Shown here: one piece after another, positions 53,997 through 63,262 of the stretch
How positions within the stretch are numbered: the first letter of the stretch is position 1
Layout: each line of letters begins with the position of its first letter
From: an uncultured Gammaproteobacteria bacterium
GTDB lineage: Bacteria; Patescibacteriota; Microgenomatia; Levybacterales; GWA1-39-11
DNA length: 64,000 nt
Direction of reading: 5' to 3'
Assembly: GCA_964425075.1 (NCBI GenBank)
Contig: CAYRKM010000001.1
Coordinates: 331,060-395,059 of the forward strand
Translations under genes and position numbers: made by a program
Notes under the pieces: model-generated
Databases searched by the model: none
Seen by the model: only the letters and a program-made list of their open reading frames with translations
Told to the model about the DNA's origin: nothing

Positions 53997-55901
53997 ATGA
54001 GCAAGATAATTGGAATCGATTTAGGAACAACAAATTCATGTATGGCCGTTATGGAGGGAGGATCTCCAAAGGTTATATTTTCAGCTGAGGGACGAAATGT
54101 CGTACCATCAGTTGTTGACCCAGTTGAGAGGGTAGTTGGGGATGTGGCAAAACGCCAACAGGTACTAAAGCCTAAAAAAGTTATCTTCTCCGTCAAAAGA
54201 CTTATGGGAAGAAAACTAAAAGATGAGTCGGTACAAAAAGACTTAAAACTTTTGCCTTATAACGTAAAGTCGGGACGCGACGGGATGGCAGTTGTTGAGG
54301 TTGATGGTAAAGAATACACTCCACAAGAAATTTCAGCACAAATTTTGCAAAAACTTAAAAAAGATGCAGAGAGTTATTTGGGAGATAAGGTAACTCAAGC
54401 AGTTATTACAGTTCCTGCTTATTTTGATGACGCACAACGTCAGGCAACCAAACAAGCAGGGGAGATTGCGGGACTTGAGGTTTTAAGAATTATAAATGAG
54501 CCAACAGCCGCAGCGCTTGCATATGGGTTAGATAAAAAACACGCACACACCGTTGCAGTTTACGATCTTGGTGGAGGAACATTTGATATTTCAGTTTTGG
54601 AGTTAGGTGAGGGAGTATATGAAGTTAAAGCTACAAATGGTGACACTCATCTTGGAGGAGATGATTTTGACCAGGTAATCATTGATTATCTGGCCGATGA
54701 GTTCAAGAAAGACAATAATATTGATCTTCGCCAGGATCCACAAGCCCTACAGCGTCTTAAAGAGTCAGCTGAGAAGGCAAAAATTGAACTTTCAACGTCA
54801 ACAGAGGCTGAAATTAATCAACCATTTATAACTCAAGGACCTGCAGGACCACTTCACTTAACTACAAAACTAACACGCGCAAAACTTGAGAGCTTGGTTT
54901 CTTCACTTATTTCAAAAACCTTCGATCCCGTAAAGCAATGTCTTAAGGATTCAGGAATTGAAGCTGGAAAAGTAGACGAGGTTATTCTTGTTGGTGGTAT
55001 GACAAGAATGCCAAAAGTTGTTGAGGAAGTTACTAAATTCTTTGGAAAAGAACCCAACAAATCAGTTAACCCCGACGAAGTAGTTGCAGTCGGAGCTGCA
55101 ATTCAAGGTGGAGTTTTGGGAGGAGAAGTAAAGGATGTTTTGCTTTTGGATGTTACCCCATTAACTTTAGGAATTGAAACCCTTGGTGGAGTGGCAACTC
55201 CTCTTATTGAGAAAAATACAACAATTCCTTCAAAAAAGTCACAAGTTTTCTCAACTGCTGCTGATAACCAGACTCAGGTTGAGATAAATGTTGTTCAGGG
55301 AGAGAGGCCAATGGCAAATGATAATAAGTCTTTGGGAAGATTTATTCTTGACGGTATTCCTCCTGCACCACGAGGAGTTCCACAGGTTGAGGTTTCTTTT
55401 GACATCGATGCATCAGGAATCCTATCAGTTACCGCAAAGGATAAGGCAACCGGAAAAGAGCAAAGCATAAAAATTACAGGTTCAACTGGACTAACTGACG
55501 AAGAAATTCAGAAAATGACCAAAGATGCTGAGATGCATGCTGCAGAAGACGAAAAGAAAAAGGAATTAATTGATGTGAAAAATAGCGCGGATAATCTTGT
55601 CTTTACTGCTGAAAAATCAATTAAAGATATGGAGGGTAAGATTAGTGACGAGGACAAGAAAGAAATTGAGGAAAAGATTGAAGAAGTAAGAAAAGTAAAA
55701 GACAGTGACAATAAAGAAGAAATTGAGGAGAAAACAAAAGCACTTTCTGAAACACTATCAAAAGTTGGCGAGAAAATGTACCAGTCGCAAGGACAAGAGC
55801 AAGGTTCGGATGGAACCACCTCTGCCGATAGTTCAGGTGAGCCGAAGAAAGAAGACGGAGAAGAGACAAAAGACGCCGAAGAAGGCGAAGTGGTAAATTA
55901 G
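53997..55901 (+). CDS. dnaK: Molecular chaperone DnaK (Hsp70)
   Basis: [33 protein letters not shown], and an acidic C-terminal tail. Confidence 0.95.
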   Translation: MSKIIGIDLGTTNSCMAVMEGGSPKVIFSAEGRNVVPSVVDPVERVVGDVAKRQQVLKPKKVIFSVKRLMGRKLKDESVQKDLKLLPYNVKSGRDGMAVVEVDGKEYTPQEISAQILQKLKKDAESYLGDKVTQAVITVPAYFDDAQRQATKQAGEIAGLEVLRIINEPTAAALAYGLDKKHAHTVAVYDLGGGTFDISVLELGEGVYEVKATNGDTHLGGDDFDQVIIDYLADEFKKDNNIDLRQDPQALQRLKESAEKAKIELSTSTEAEINQPFITQGPAGPLHLTTKLTRAKLESLVSSLISKTFDPVKQCLKDSGIEAGKVDEVILVGGMTRMPKVVEEVTKFFGKEPNKSVNPDEVVAVGAAIQGGVLGGEVKDVLLLDVTPLTLGIETLGGVATPLIEKNTTIPSKKSQVFSTAADNQTQVEINVVQGERPMANDNKSLGRFILDGIPPAPRGVPQVEVSFDIDASGILSVTAKDKATGKEQSIKITGSTGLTDEEIQKMTKDAEMHAAEDEKKKELIDVKNSADNLVFTAEKSIKDMEGKISDEDKKEIEEKIEEVRKVKDSDNKEEIEEKTKALSETLSKVGEKMYQSQGQEQGSDGTTSADSSGEPKKEDGEETKDAEEGEVVN

Positions 55902-56013
55902 TCCCCCCTTAAATTTACTCAAAAAGGTTGTTTTCATATCCCCCAAAATGCTACTATAAATAGGTATACCGTGTCGTTCGGGTAGTTATGCATTGGCATA
56001 ACTAAGTATCTAT

Positions 56014-56316
56014 ATGGACAATAGTCAATGTCAGCCAAATGAAATTTTAACTGACTTCGGGTGTGTACCTGATGATCCAATTGGTTTTGTAAGTAAATTT
56101 TATAACCTTGGACTCGGTCTGATTGGCATGGTAGGGTTACTGTTTTTGATAATTGGAGCGTATTTCATCCTTACGTCCCGAGGGGATCCTTCTCAGCTTC
56201 AAAAGGGAAAGTCATATATTCTCTATTCAATAATTGGCATAATGCTTGCGATTTTTGGTTTTGTATTTATTCAAGTAATTGCTGGGGATGTTTTAAAGAT
56301 TCCTGGTTTCAGTTAA
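56014..56316 (+). CDS. Small two-TM membrane protein with a Cys-containing N-terminal segment; possible VirB2/TrbC-like pilin
   Basis: 100 aa: MDNSQCQPNEILTDFGCVPDDP, then helices LGLGLIGMVGLLFLIIGAYFIL and ILYSIIGIMLAIFGFVFIQVI. It lies directly upstream of the VirB6/TrbL-like gene; the assignment is by architecture and context only. Confidence 0.35.
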   Translation: MDNSQCQPNEILTDFGCVPDDPIGFVSKFYNLGLGLIGMVGLLFLIIGAYFILTSRGDPSQLQKGKSYILYSIIGIMLAIFGFVFIQVIAGDVLKIPGFS

Positions 56317-56320
56317 ATAT

Positions 56321-58462
56321 ATGAAAAAACTACTGCCCATTGTCATTGCATTTGTTATTACCTTTTTTACTGCTTTTCCTGTTCAAGCACAATTGACCCA
56401 AAGACTTCTGCCTTCCCCATCTCCCAGTCCAAGTCAAGCGCCTGCAGTTTCAGGGAATTTTGCAGCTGATGCAGAAGTAACATTTGTAGGTAAAACTGCA
56501 TCAAGAGCAAATGATTTTTTACAATGGACGCTTGAGAATTATAACTGGATAAGCATCACTGCAAACGCCCCAACAGATCCTATACAAGAATTTTGGGTTT
56601 TGGTAAGAAATATTGTTTTTGCTCTTCTTGCACTTTTTGTCCTTGGTGCCGCTTTTGTCATGATAATAACTCGCGGTCAAAATCTTACTATTATGAAGTT
56701 TGTTCCTCGATTTGCGATGGTTTTAGTCTTGATATTTTTGTCATATGCACTAGTGCGATTTTTGTATCAAGCAACAGACATAATACAAGGGTTTTTCTTG
56801 AGAGTTCAGGATGCGACAACTGGTCAGTCTAGACTTATTGGTCCACAAGATCTTTTATATCTTGCCTTTGATTATAATTTATCAGGGTTTAGATTGGTGG
56901 GTTCTCAATTCGATGAATCTGCATTTATATCATTGTTGCTAGTGAAGCTAACTGCAATTACTTATTACGTAATGACGGGATTGCTTCTGATTAGAAAAAT
57001 AATTCTTTGGTTTTTCATTATTATTTCACCAGTTTTTCCACTACTTTTAATATTTAGTCCCGTTAGAAATACAGCAAAGATTTGGGTGGGAGAATTCTTT
57101 AGGTGGCTTCTTTATGCGCCTCTTTTTGCTCTTTTCCTACATGGACTTGTTTTGATGTGGAGAGATAGGATTCCTCTCAATTTTGACTTTACTACACCTG
57201 GAAATGTACCAGGAACTGATGTTACTTACCCTACGGCAATTAATATCATATTGGGTGGACCAGGACAGTTGATTGGTATTAATAATTCAGTTAACCTTCC
57301 TGACACCTTTGCTTTGTATGTTGTCGCTCTCCTTATGCTTTGGGTAGTAATTTTGTTGCCATTTCTTTTATTACAGATTTTTCTTGATTATGTTGGCAAT
57401 ATGTCTATTGCAGAAAATCCAGTATATAAAAGAATTTCTTCACAGCCTTGGTTTACAAAGTCTTTTGGAACACCTCCTCCATCTCCTGGTCAGCCACCCC
57501 TGCAGTCTAGTCCATTTGGAATGGCTAGACAGCTTCCATTCTTTAATAAACGATCAATGCAAACATCCGCAACTCAAAATAACGCTAATTTGAATAGAGC
57601 AAATCTATCGAATGCTTCGAGTATGCAGGGAAGTCGAGATATTATGCGTCTTGCAAATCTTTCTGTTCCAAAGATGCGGGATATTGCCCGGTTTGAAACT
57701 TCTATGATGAAACACGATACTGTTTCTCGTCAAGAAGTATCCAGATTCCATGATACTTTGGAGAAGATTTCAGCTCCTCGAGGAACTATTGAAGAAAGAG
57801 AAAAATACTCAAATATTAAATCTCAACTTGTTACACAAGCTCAAGGTGGAGACCATCTTGCCAACTCAATTCTTTCAGCCCTTAAGGTAGCAGAAGAAGA
57901 AAAGGATAAGACAAAAGCAGTAAGACCAGGAGAGAAAACTGATGAGAAAGCAAAACTAACTGATGTAAAGTTGCCTGAGGAGAATAAAGTTCAGCAGGTA
58001 TCAATCGAAGAATATGAGGAAGTAAAGAAAATGTGGCAAGAGAACTATCAAAATATGGATTCTCCTGTTGGACCAGATGGAAATCCAATTGATAAGAATA
58101 GCTTCATTCAGCAGGATATAGAAAAGATTACAGAGACAATTAATTTGTTAAGTTCACAAAACCAAGACGATGTCAAAAAGGGTATGGAGCACGTTTCTAA
58201 CGTCTTGCCATTCCTTCTCATTGGAGGATTTTCAAAAGTTGAGGTTGTGGGTTACTTGAAAGCAAAGCTAGAGGCTGCAAAGTCAGTGTTAGGCTCTCTA
58301 TCTCAAAAGAAAGAAGAGGAAGATACAATGGTTGAGAGGCAAGAAGGGCAAGCTCAAGCACAAAACACTATGGTGATGAGAGAAGAAATCAAACCTGATG
58401 AAGATAAGAATGGCACAAATGGGTCTGGAGGACAAACTCCACCAGTTGCATCAGGACAGTAG
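56321..58462 (+). CDS. VirB6/TrbL-like polytopic membrane protein with a signal peptide and a long Q/N/S/E-rich C-terminal hydrophilic region
   Basis: Signal MKKLLPIVIAFVITFFTAFPVQA, about 6 TM helices in residues 90-370, and a ~330-aa low-complexity/coiled C-terminus. The call rests on architecture. Confidence 0.4.
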   Translation: MKKLLPIVIAFVITFFTAFPVQAQLTQRLLPSPSPSPSQAPAVSGNFAADAEVTFVGKTASRANDFLQWTLENYNWISITANAPTDPIQEFWVLVRNIVFALLALFVLGAAFVMIITRGQNLTIMKFVPRFAMVLVLIFLSYALVRFLYQATDIIQGFFLRVQDATTGQSRLIGPQDLLYLAFDYNLSGFRLVGSQFDESAFISLLLVKLTAITYYVMTGLLLIRKIILWFFIIISPVFPLLLIFSPVRNTAKIWVGEFFRWLLYAPLFALFLHGLVLMWRDRIPLNFDFTTPGNVPGTDVTYPTAINIILGGPGQLIGINNSVNLPDTFALYVVALLMLWVVILLPFLLLQIFLDYVGNMSIAENPVYKRISSQPWFTKSFGTPPPSPGQPPLQSSPFGMARQLPFFNKRSMQTSATQNNANLNRANLSNASSMQGSRDIMRLANLSVPKMRDIARFETSMMKHDTVSRQEVSRFHDTLEKISAPRGTIEEREKYSNIKSQLVTQAQGGDHLANSILSALKVAEEEKDKTKAVRPGEKTDEKAKLTDVKLPEENKVQQVSIEEYEEVKKMWQENYQNMDSPVGPDGNPIDKNSFIQQDIEKITETINLLSSQNQDDVKKGMEHVSNVLPFLLIGGFSKVEVVGYLKAKLEAAKSVLGSLSQKKEEEDTMVERQEGQAQAQNTMVMREEIKPDEDKNGTNGSGGQTPPVASGQ

Positions 58463-58545
58463 TATATAAAAAAATATTGTTAGATTGTCATGTAATTATA
58501 TTGATATAATAATTTAGGCATCTATTAATAAAATAATTTAAATAT

Positions 58546-61317
58546 ATGTTTGGAAATTTATTTACTAACAAAAAAGAGGGAGAAGAAGTGCCTCAAGAAC
58601 AGCAACCAGTAGCGGCAGGCGCTCCAGCTCAGGCTCCGGTTTCAACAGACCCTACTCCTATGGGTGGGCCTATGAATCCATTGAAGCGGCAAGATGTTGA
58701 AAGCTTAACGCATCTTGATGCCAGATCTAATCTGGTTTTACAACAAGCCCAAAACGAGGCAAAAAGAGTAAAAGTTGCCCAAATTGAGCCAGATGTTTTA
58801 CTACTTGGACTTTTATTTGATAAAGAAATTTATAAAGTCATTCAGGACTTTGGAGTAAATGTTGGCGATTTGGCGCGTGAACTTCAGGCAAAACAGGTTC
58901 CATCTACTTTTGATGGGCAGGCAGTATTATCTCCTACAACTCAGCAAATCTTCGAGACAGCATACACATATGCAAAAAATAGAGGATCTAGCTTTATAAC
59001 TCCTGAAGATATTTTACTTTCACTGTTTAACTCCTCATCAGGAGGTGCATTATTGTCATCAAAGGGCATTCAAAAAGAGGGTGTTGAAAAAGCATTATCC
59101 AAAAATACTTCATATCAGGCAGCAGGTAAGAAAAGTGTATTGGAACAATTCGGAATTGATTTAACCGCTGAAGCAAAAGCAGGGAAGCTTGATCCAGTTG
59201 TGGGACGAGATAAGGAAATTGAGAGACTTATTCATATTTTGTTGCGCCGAACAAAGAATAACCCAATCATAATTGGAGAAGCAGGGGTTGGAAAAACAGC
59301 AGTAATTGAAGCTTTATGTTCAAAAATAAATGAAGGTACGGTTCCTGAGCAATTGAAGGATAAGAAAATTATTCAGCTTGATTTAGCAGCGCTTATTGCG
59401 GGTGCTTCGCATAGAGGTGAATTTGAGGAAAGACTTAAGAATGTGATTAAAGAGGTGCAAGCTGCTGACGGTAAAATTCTTCTATTTATAGATGAAATCC
59501 ATTCTTTGATTGGTGCTGGAGAGGATGGTGGGGGCGCAATGGATGCTTCAAATATCATAAAGCCATATCTTGCCCGCGGTCAATTGCAATTAATTGGTAC
59601 TACTACCACTGCAGAATATAGAAAATATTTTGAAAAAGATAAAGCCTTTCAACGTAGATTTCAGGCTGTTCTTGTTGATGAGCCAGATGAAGAACGCGCA
59701 ATTCAAATGATTGCAATTCTAAAGCCTAAATATGAAGCCTACCATAATGTGACCGTAACTGAGGAAGCTGTTAAGTTTTCTGTAACTTTATCTAAAAAGT
59801 ATGTTGGAGAAAGGTATTTACCAGATAAGGCAATTGACCTTCTTGATGAGGCAGCAGCTGAAGTAAAGTTAAAGCATGCTGAGGGACAAAGGCAAGACAC
59901 TGAAGTGAAAAGAGCTGATATTGAGAAGGTGGTAAGCGATTGGACAGGAATTCCCATTACAAAATTAACTGAAGACGAAGGTAAAAAATTACTTCAGCTT
60001 GAGGATTTAATTCACGAGCGACTTATTGATCAACAAGAAGCGGTTAGTGTTGTCTCAGAAGCTGTTCGCCGAGGAAGAATTGGACTTGCTGCAGCAAACA
60101 GACCAATTGCTTCATTTATTTTCTTAGGACCTACAGGTGTAGGAAAAACGGAACTCGCAAAAACCCTTGCTGAAATTTTGTTTGGCCGTGACGACGCGAT
60201 GGTAAGGCTTGATATGTCAGAGTATATGGAAAAGCATGAAGTCGCAAAGTTAATTGGTGCACCCCCAGGATATGTAGGGTATGAAGATGGAGGGCAACTT
60301 ACTGAGGCAGTGAGAGCAAAACCATATTCAATTGTTTTGCTAGATGAGGTTGAAAAGGCTCATCCTGATGTGTTCAATATTCTCTTGCAGCTTCTTGAAG
60401 ATGGTAGATTAACGGATAATAAGGGCAATACAATTTCATTTAAAAATACAATTGTCATTGCAACTTCAAACATTGGAAGCTCTACTATTCAGGAGTCACT
60501 AACAAATGCAAAGGCACAATCAGAGCAGCAGGCACAAGTTAAGGGCGCTGCCCAGCCAGTTGTTGCCCCGGCGCCTATTCCTACAGTATCCACAAGCTCA
60601 ACAGGGGCTGTTGCTATTCCGCCAACAGTAAAAGAAGACCCTGTAATGCAAAAAGTATTTGCAGAGCTTTCTAAAAAACTTATGGAGGAATTAACAAAAT
60701 TCTTTAGACCAGAGTTGATAAATAGATTTGACGGGGTTGTTATATTTAAGCCATTAATAAAGCAAGACATGAAAAAGATTGCAAAACTTGGAATTGATAA
60801 AACAATGAAGCTACTAAAGGAACAGGGATTCAAGTTAGAGATTTCAGACAAGGCATTAATAAAGTTGGGAGATGAAGGATTCGATCCTGTATATGGGGCA
60901 AGACCTTTGAGGCGTCTAATTCAGACAGCAATTGAAAACCCAATAAGTATTCAGATAATTAGTCAAAAATTTCTTCAAGGAGATACAATCCAAATCGACT
61001 TTGATGAACAAAAGGGTGAATTTACCTTTATCAAAATCACGCCTCCCCCACAAGCGGTAGCAGCAAATGGACAAGCAGTTCCAAATGGGCAAGTGCCTCA
61101 AGGGAATGCGGTTTCATCAAATGGCTCACCAGGAGCACAAACTCTTCCAGATCAGCCGCAGACAGTTCCTGCTCCACCACAAGCAAACGGCATGATTGTT
61201 GATCCATTTACTCCAGTGCAAAATCCAATGGCTCCACAACCCTTTAGTCCTTTTCAGCCTGAAAATACTCAAAATGTTTCGTCTGACGGAACACAAATGC
61301 AACCATCCAGCAATTAA
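58546..61317 (+). CDS. ClpB/ClpC-type Hsp100 AAA+ chaperone with two NBDs, a short linker (ClpC-like) and unusual P/A/Q-rich extensions and insertions
   Basis: Clp_N; NBD1 Walker A GEAGVGKTAVIEAL and Walker B LLFIDEIH; NBD2 FLGPTGVGKTELAKTL and IVLLDEVEKAH; sensor GARPLRRLIQ. Extras are a ~60-aa N-terminal P/A-rich tract, a ~60-aa insertion after ATSNIGS in NBD2, and a ~95-aa P/Q-rich C-terminal tail. Confidence 0.9.
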   Translation: MFGNLFTNKKEGEEVPQEQQPVAAGAPAQAPVSTDPTPMGGPMNPLKRQDVESLTHLDARSNLVLQQAQNEAKRVKVAQIEPDVLLLGLLFDKEIYKVIQDFGVNVGDLARELQAKQVPSTFDGQAVLSPTTQQIFETAYTYAKNRGSSFITPEDILLSLFNSSSGGALLSSKGIQKEGVEKALSKNTSYQAAGKKSVLEQFGIDLTAEAKAGKLDPVVGRDKEIERLIHILLRRTKNNPIIIGEAGVGKTAVIEALCSKINEGTVPEQLKDKKIIQLDLAALIAGASHRGEFEERLKNVIKEVQAADGKILLFIDEIHSLIGAGEDGGGAMDASNIIKPYLARGQLQLIGTTTTAEYRKYFEKDKAFQRRFQAVLVDEPDEERAIQMIAILKPKYEAYHNVTVTEEAVKFSVTLSKKYVGERYLPDKAIDLLDEAAAEVKLKHAEGQRQDTEVKRADIEKVVSDWTGIPITKLTEDEGKKLLQLEDLIHERLIDQQEAVSVVSEAVRRGRIGLAAANRPIASFIFLGPTGVGKTELAKTLAEILFGRDDAMVRLDMSEYMEKHEVAKLIGAPPGYVGYEDGGQLTEAVRAKPYSIVLLDEVEKAHPDVFNILLQLLEDGRLTDNKGNTISFKNTIVIATSNIGSSTIQESLTNAKAQSEQQAQVKGAAQPVVAPAPIPTVSTSSTGAVAIPPTVKEDPVMQKVFAELSKKLMEELTKFFRPELINRFDGVVIFKPLIKQDMKKIAKLGIDKTMKLLKEQGFKLEISDKALIKLGDEGFDPVYGARPLRRLIQTAIENPISIQIISQKFLQGDTIQIDFDEQKGEFTFIKITPPPQAVAANGQAVPNGQVPQGNAVSSNGSPGAQTLPDQPQTVPAPPQANGMIVDPFTPVQNPMAPQPFSPFQPENTQNVSSDGTQMQPSSN

Positions 61318-61341
61318 TAAAATTTGAAAGAGGGACAATGA

Positions 61342-63060
61342 ATGCAGCCTGCCAAACTCAAGCAAATACTTTTCAATAAAGCCGTTGTTGCCCTTTTTTT
61401 CTTAGCATTTATTTTCGTAATTACTGTCAGTCATTTTTTTTTAGTATTTAAGGAACAGCGCCACAAAGAAGAGTTAAAAAACAACATTCAAGTTATCCCT
61501 CTCGGTAAAGATTACGTACCAAATGAATTAATTGTTCAGTTTGACGAAGGATATGTGCCAAGTGTTTTGTTGACTGATATTAAAAGACGAGAGAAGTTGG
61601 GGAAAACTTTCTTTGGAAAAGTAAAATTGTCATTTGAAAACGGCTTATTATGGTATGTTTCAAAGGAAAAACCCGAGACGAAATTAGCCCTTATTGATTC
61701 TGAATTGAAAAAAATAGGAGTTATTTCGTATGAACCCACTGTTTCTGAGTCAACCTATGAATCATTAAGTCGTTTTTACTTATTTACATTTTCTTCTTCA
61801 AAGAAATTAGGAGAAGGACAGGATAATCTTTCAGGACTATTTTTTATTGCTTCAATTGAGCCCAATATCATTTTACGATTGTTTGCTGAACCCGATGACC
61901 CTTATTATTCTCAATTGTGGGGTATTCAGAAAATTTCTATGCCTCAAGCATGGGATATTTCTACTGGTTCTGAAAGCATTGTAGTTGGGGTTATAGATAG
62001 TGGAATTGATATTAATCATCCAGATCTTTTGGGAAGAACAATTGGTGGTCGTGATTTTGTTCGAAACGACTCAATCCCCGATGACGAATTGGGACATGGA
62101 ACTCATGTGGCTGGGACAATTGGAGCAATTGGCAATAATGGAGTTGGAGTAGTTGGTGTAAATTGGAATGTAAAAATGATGCCCTTAAAAATTTGTATTG
62201 CAACGGGGCAACCTGCTCCAAGAAATAGCTCCTGCTCTCTTTCATATGTGGCTGAGGCAATAAGGACAGGCTTACAAAATGGGGCAAAGGTATTCAATAT
62301 GAGTTTGGGAGGAGAAAGTGTCTGCACGCCACAACTTCAAAGTATCATCGATACTGCAACTGTTCAGGGTGCAGTTATAGTTACAGCCGCAGGAAATTCA
62401 AATAGTGATGCGAATGGTTTTACGCCTGCAAATTGTCAAAATGTAATAACAGTTGGTGCAAGTGACACGTCAGATGCGCGTTCAATTTGGAATCTTAGTA
62501 CAAATCAGGCTTCAAACTACGGTTCAGTAGTGGAGATTGCAGCTCCGGGATCAGGGATAGTCTCAACAGTTCCAGGTGGGTATGATCAAAAAAACGGAAC
62601 ATCAATGGCTGCTCCCCATGTTGCGGGAGCTGTAGCATTGCTTTTTGCAGTAAATCCCAGTCTTTCACCTCAGCAGGTTTTTGAATGTATTACACAAAAC
62701 GCAGACTCTATCTCAACTGACCGTCTAATAGGGGGCAAAAGACTTAATGTTTCAAAGGTTATTTCAGCTTGTAAAGATTTAAATCCACAAGGTTCCCCTC
62801 CCACGATAACGGTTTCTCCCTCTCCGGTAGATATTACTCTTACACCTACTGTTTCGCCCGTTCCATCAGCAACGGTATCTCCAACAACGACAATAACCCC
62901 GACAGTATCTCTTGTGGTTACACCCATAATAACTCAGCCACCAATTGTTATTCCATCACCTTCGCCAGGAGAAAGATATTTTACCTGTCGGTATGACCCG
63001 TCATGTAATAAAAATACCAATGTCATTCAACTATGCCCACTTATTTGTACTCCGCTTTAA
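61342..63060 (+). CDS. Subtilisin-like serine protease (S8) with an N-terminal TM anchor, a Pro/Thr/Val-rich C-terminal linker and a Cys-rich terminal peptide
   Basis: Catalytic triad contexts VGVIDSGIDINHPDL (Asp), HGTHVAGTIGA (His) and GTSMAAPHVAGAVALL (Ser). The C-terminus reads ...SPSPGERYFTCRYDPSCNKNTNVIQLCPLICTPL. Confidence 0.85.
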   Translation: MQPAKLKQILFNKAVVALFFLAFIFVITVSHFFLVFKEQRHKEELKNNIQVIPLGKDYVPNELIVQFDEGYVPSVLLTDIKRREKLGKTFFGKVKLSFENGLLWYVSKEKPETKLALIDSELKKIGVISYEPTVSESTYESLSRFYLFTFSSSKKLGEGQDNLSGLFFIASIEPNIILRLFAEPDDPYYSQLWGIQKISMPQAWDISTGSESIVVGVIDSGIDINHPDLLGRTIGGRDFVRNDSIPDDELGHGTHVAGTIGAIGNNGVGVVGVNWNVKMMPLKICIATGQPAPRNSSCSLSYVAEAIRTGLQNGAKVFNMSLGGESVCTPQLQSIIDTATVQGAVIVTAAGNSNSDANGFTPANCQNVITVGASDTSDARSIWNLSTNQASNYGSVVEIAAPGSGIVSTVPGGYDQKNGTSMAAPHVAGAVALLFAVNPSLSPQQVFECITQNADSISTDRLIGGKRLNVSKVISACKDLNPQGSPPTITVSPSPVDITLTPTVSPVPSATVSPTTTITPTVSLVVTPIITQPPIVIPSPSPGERYFTCRYDPSCNKNTNVIQLCPLICTPL

Positions 63061-63125
63061 AACTGGCAATTAATAACTTAAATTGCTAAAATATATGACT
63101 ATAATTATTGAGTTAAATTTCAAAA

Positions 63126-63262
63126 TATACCGACAACTCTTATTCAAATGTCCAACTGGCCATTTGAACCGAGACTCTCGGTATAAGCGAAGCTTGCGGT
63201 TTAATAACCTAAATTCTCGCTCAAGGACTTATATTTTAAACTCAAGCAAAGCTTGTAAAAGG
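63126..63262 (+). promoter_or_regulatory. Second copy of the 60-bp three-part palindrome and conserved leader, upstream of the dnaJ-like gene, with a 26-nt insertion relative to the groES copy
   Basis: TATACCGACAACTCTTATTCAAATGTCCAACTGGCCATTTGAACCGAGACTCTCGGTATA (63126-63185), then aagcgaagcttgcggtttaataacctaaa, then the shared ttctcgctcaaggactta...gagctcgaaatATG. SD AAGGAG lies 10 nt before the ATG. Confidence 0.6.

Noticed and set aside
54854-55869. Minus-strand ORFs inside dnaK (54854..55060, 55508..55819, 55642..55869)
   Set aside because: They lie antisense to an unambiguous, highly conserved dnaK reading frame and have low-complexity S/L-rich translations.
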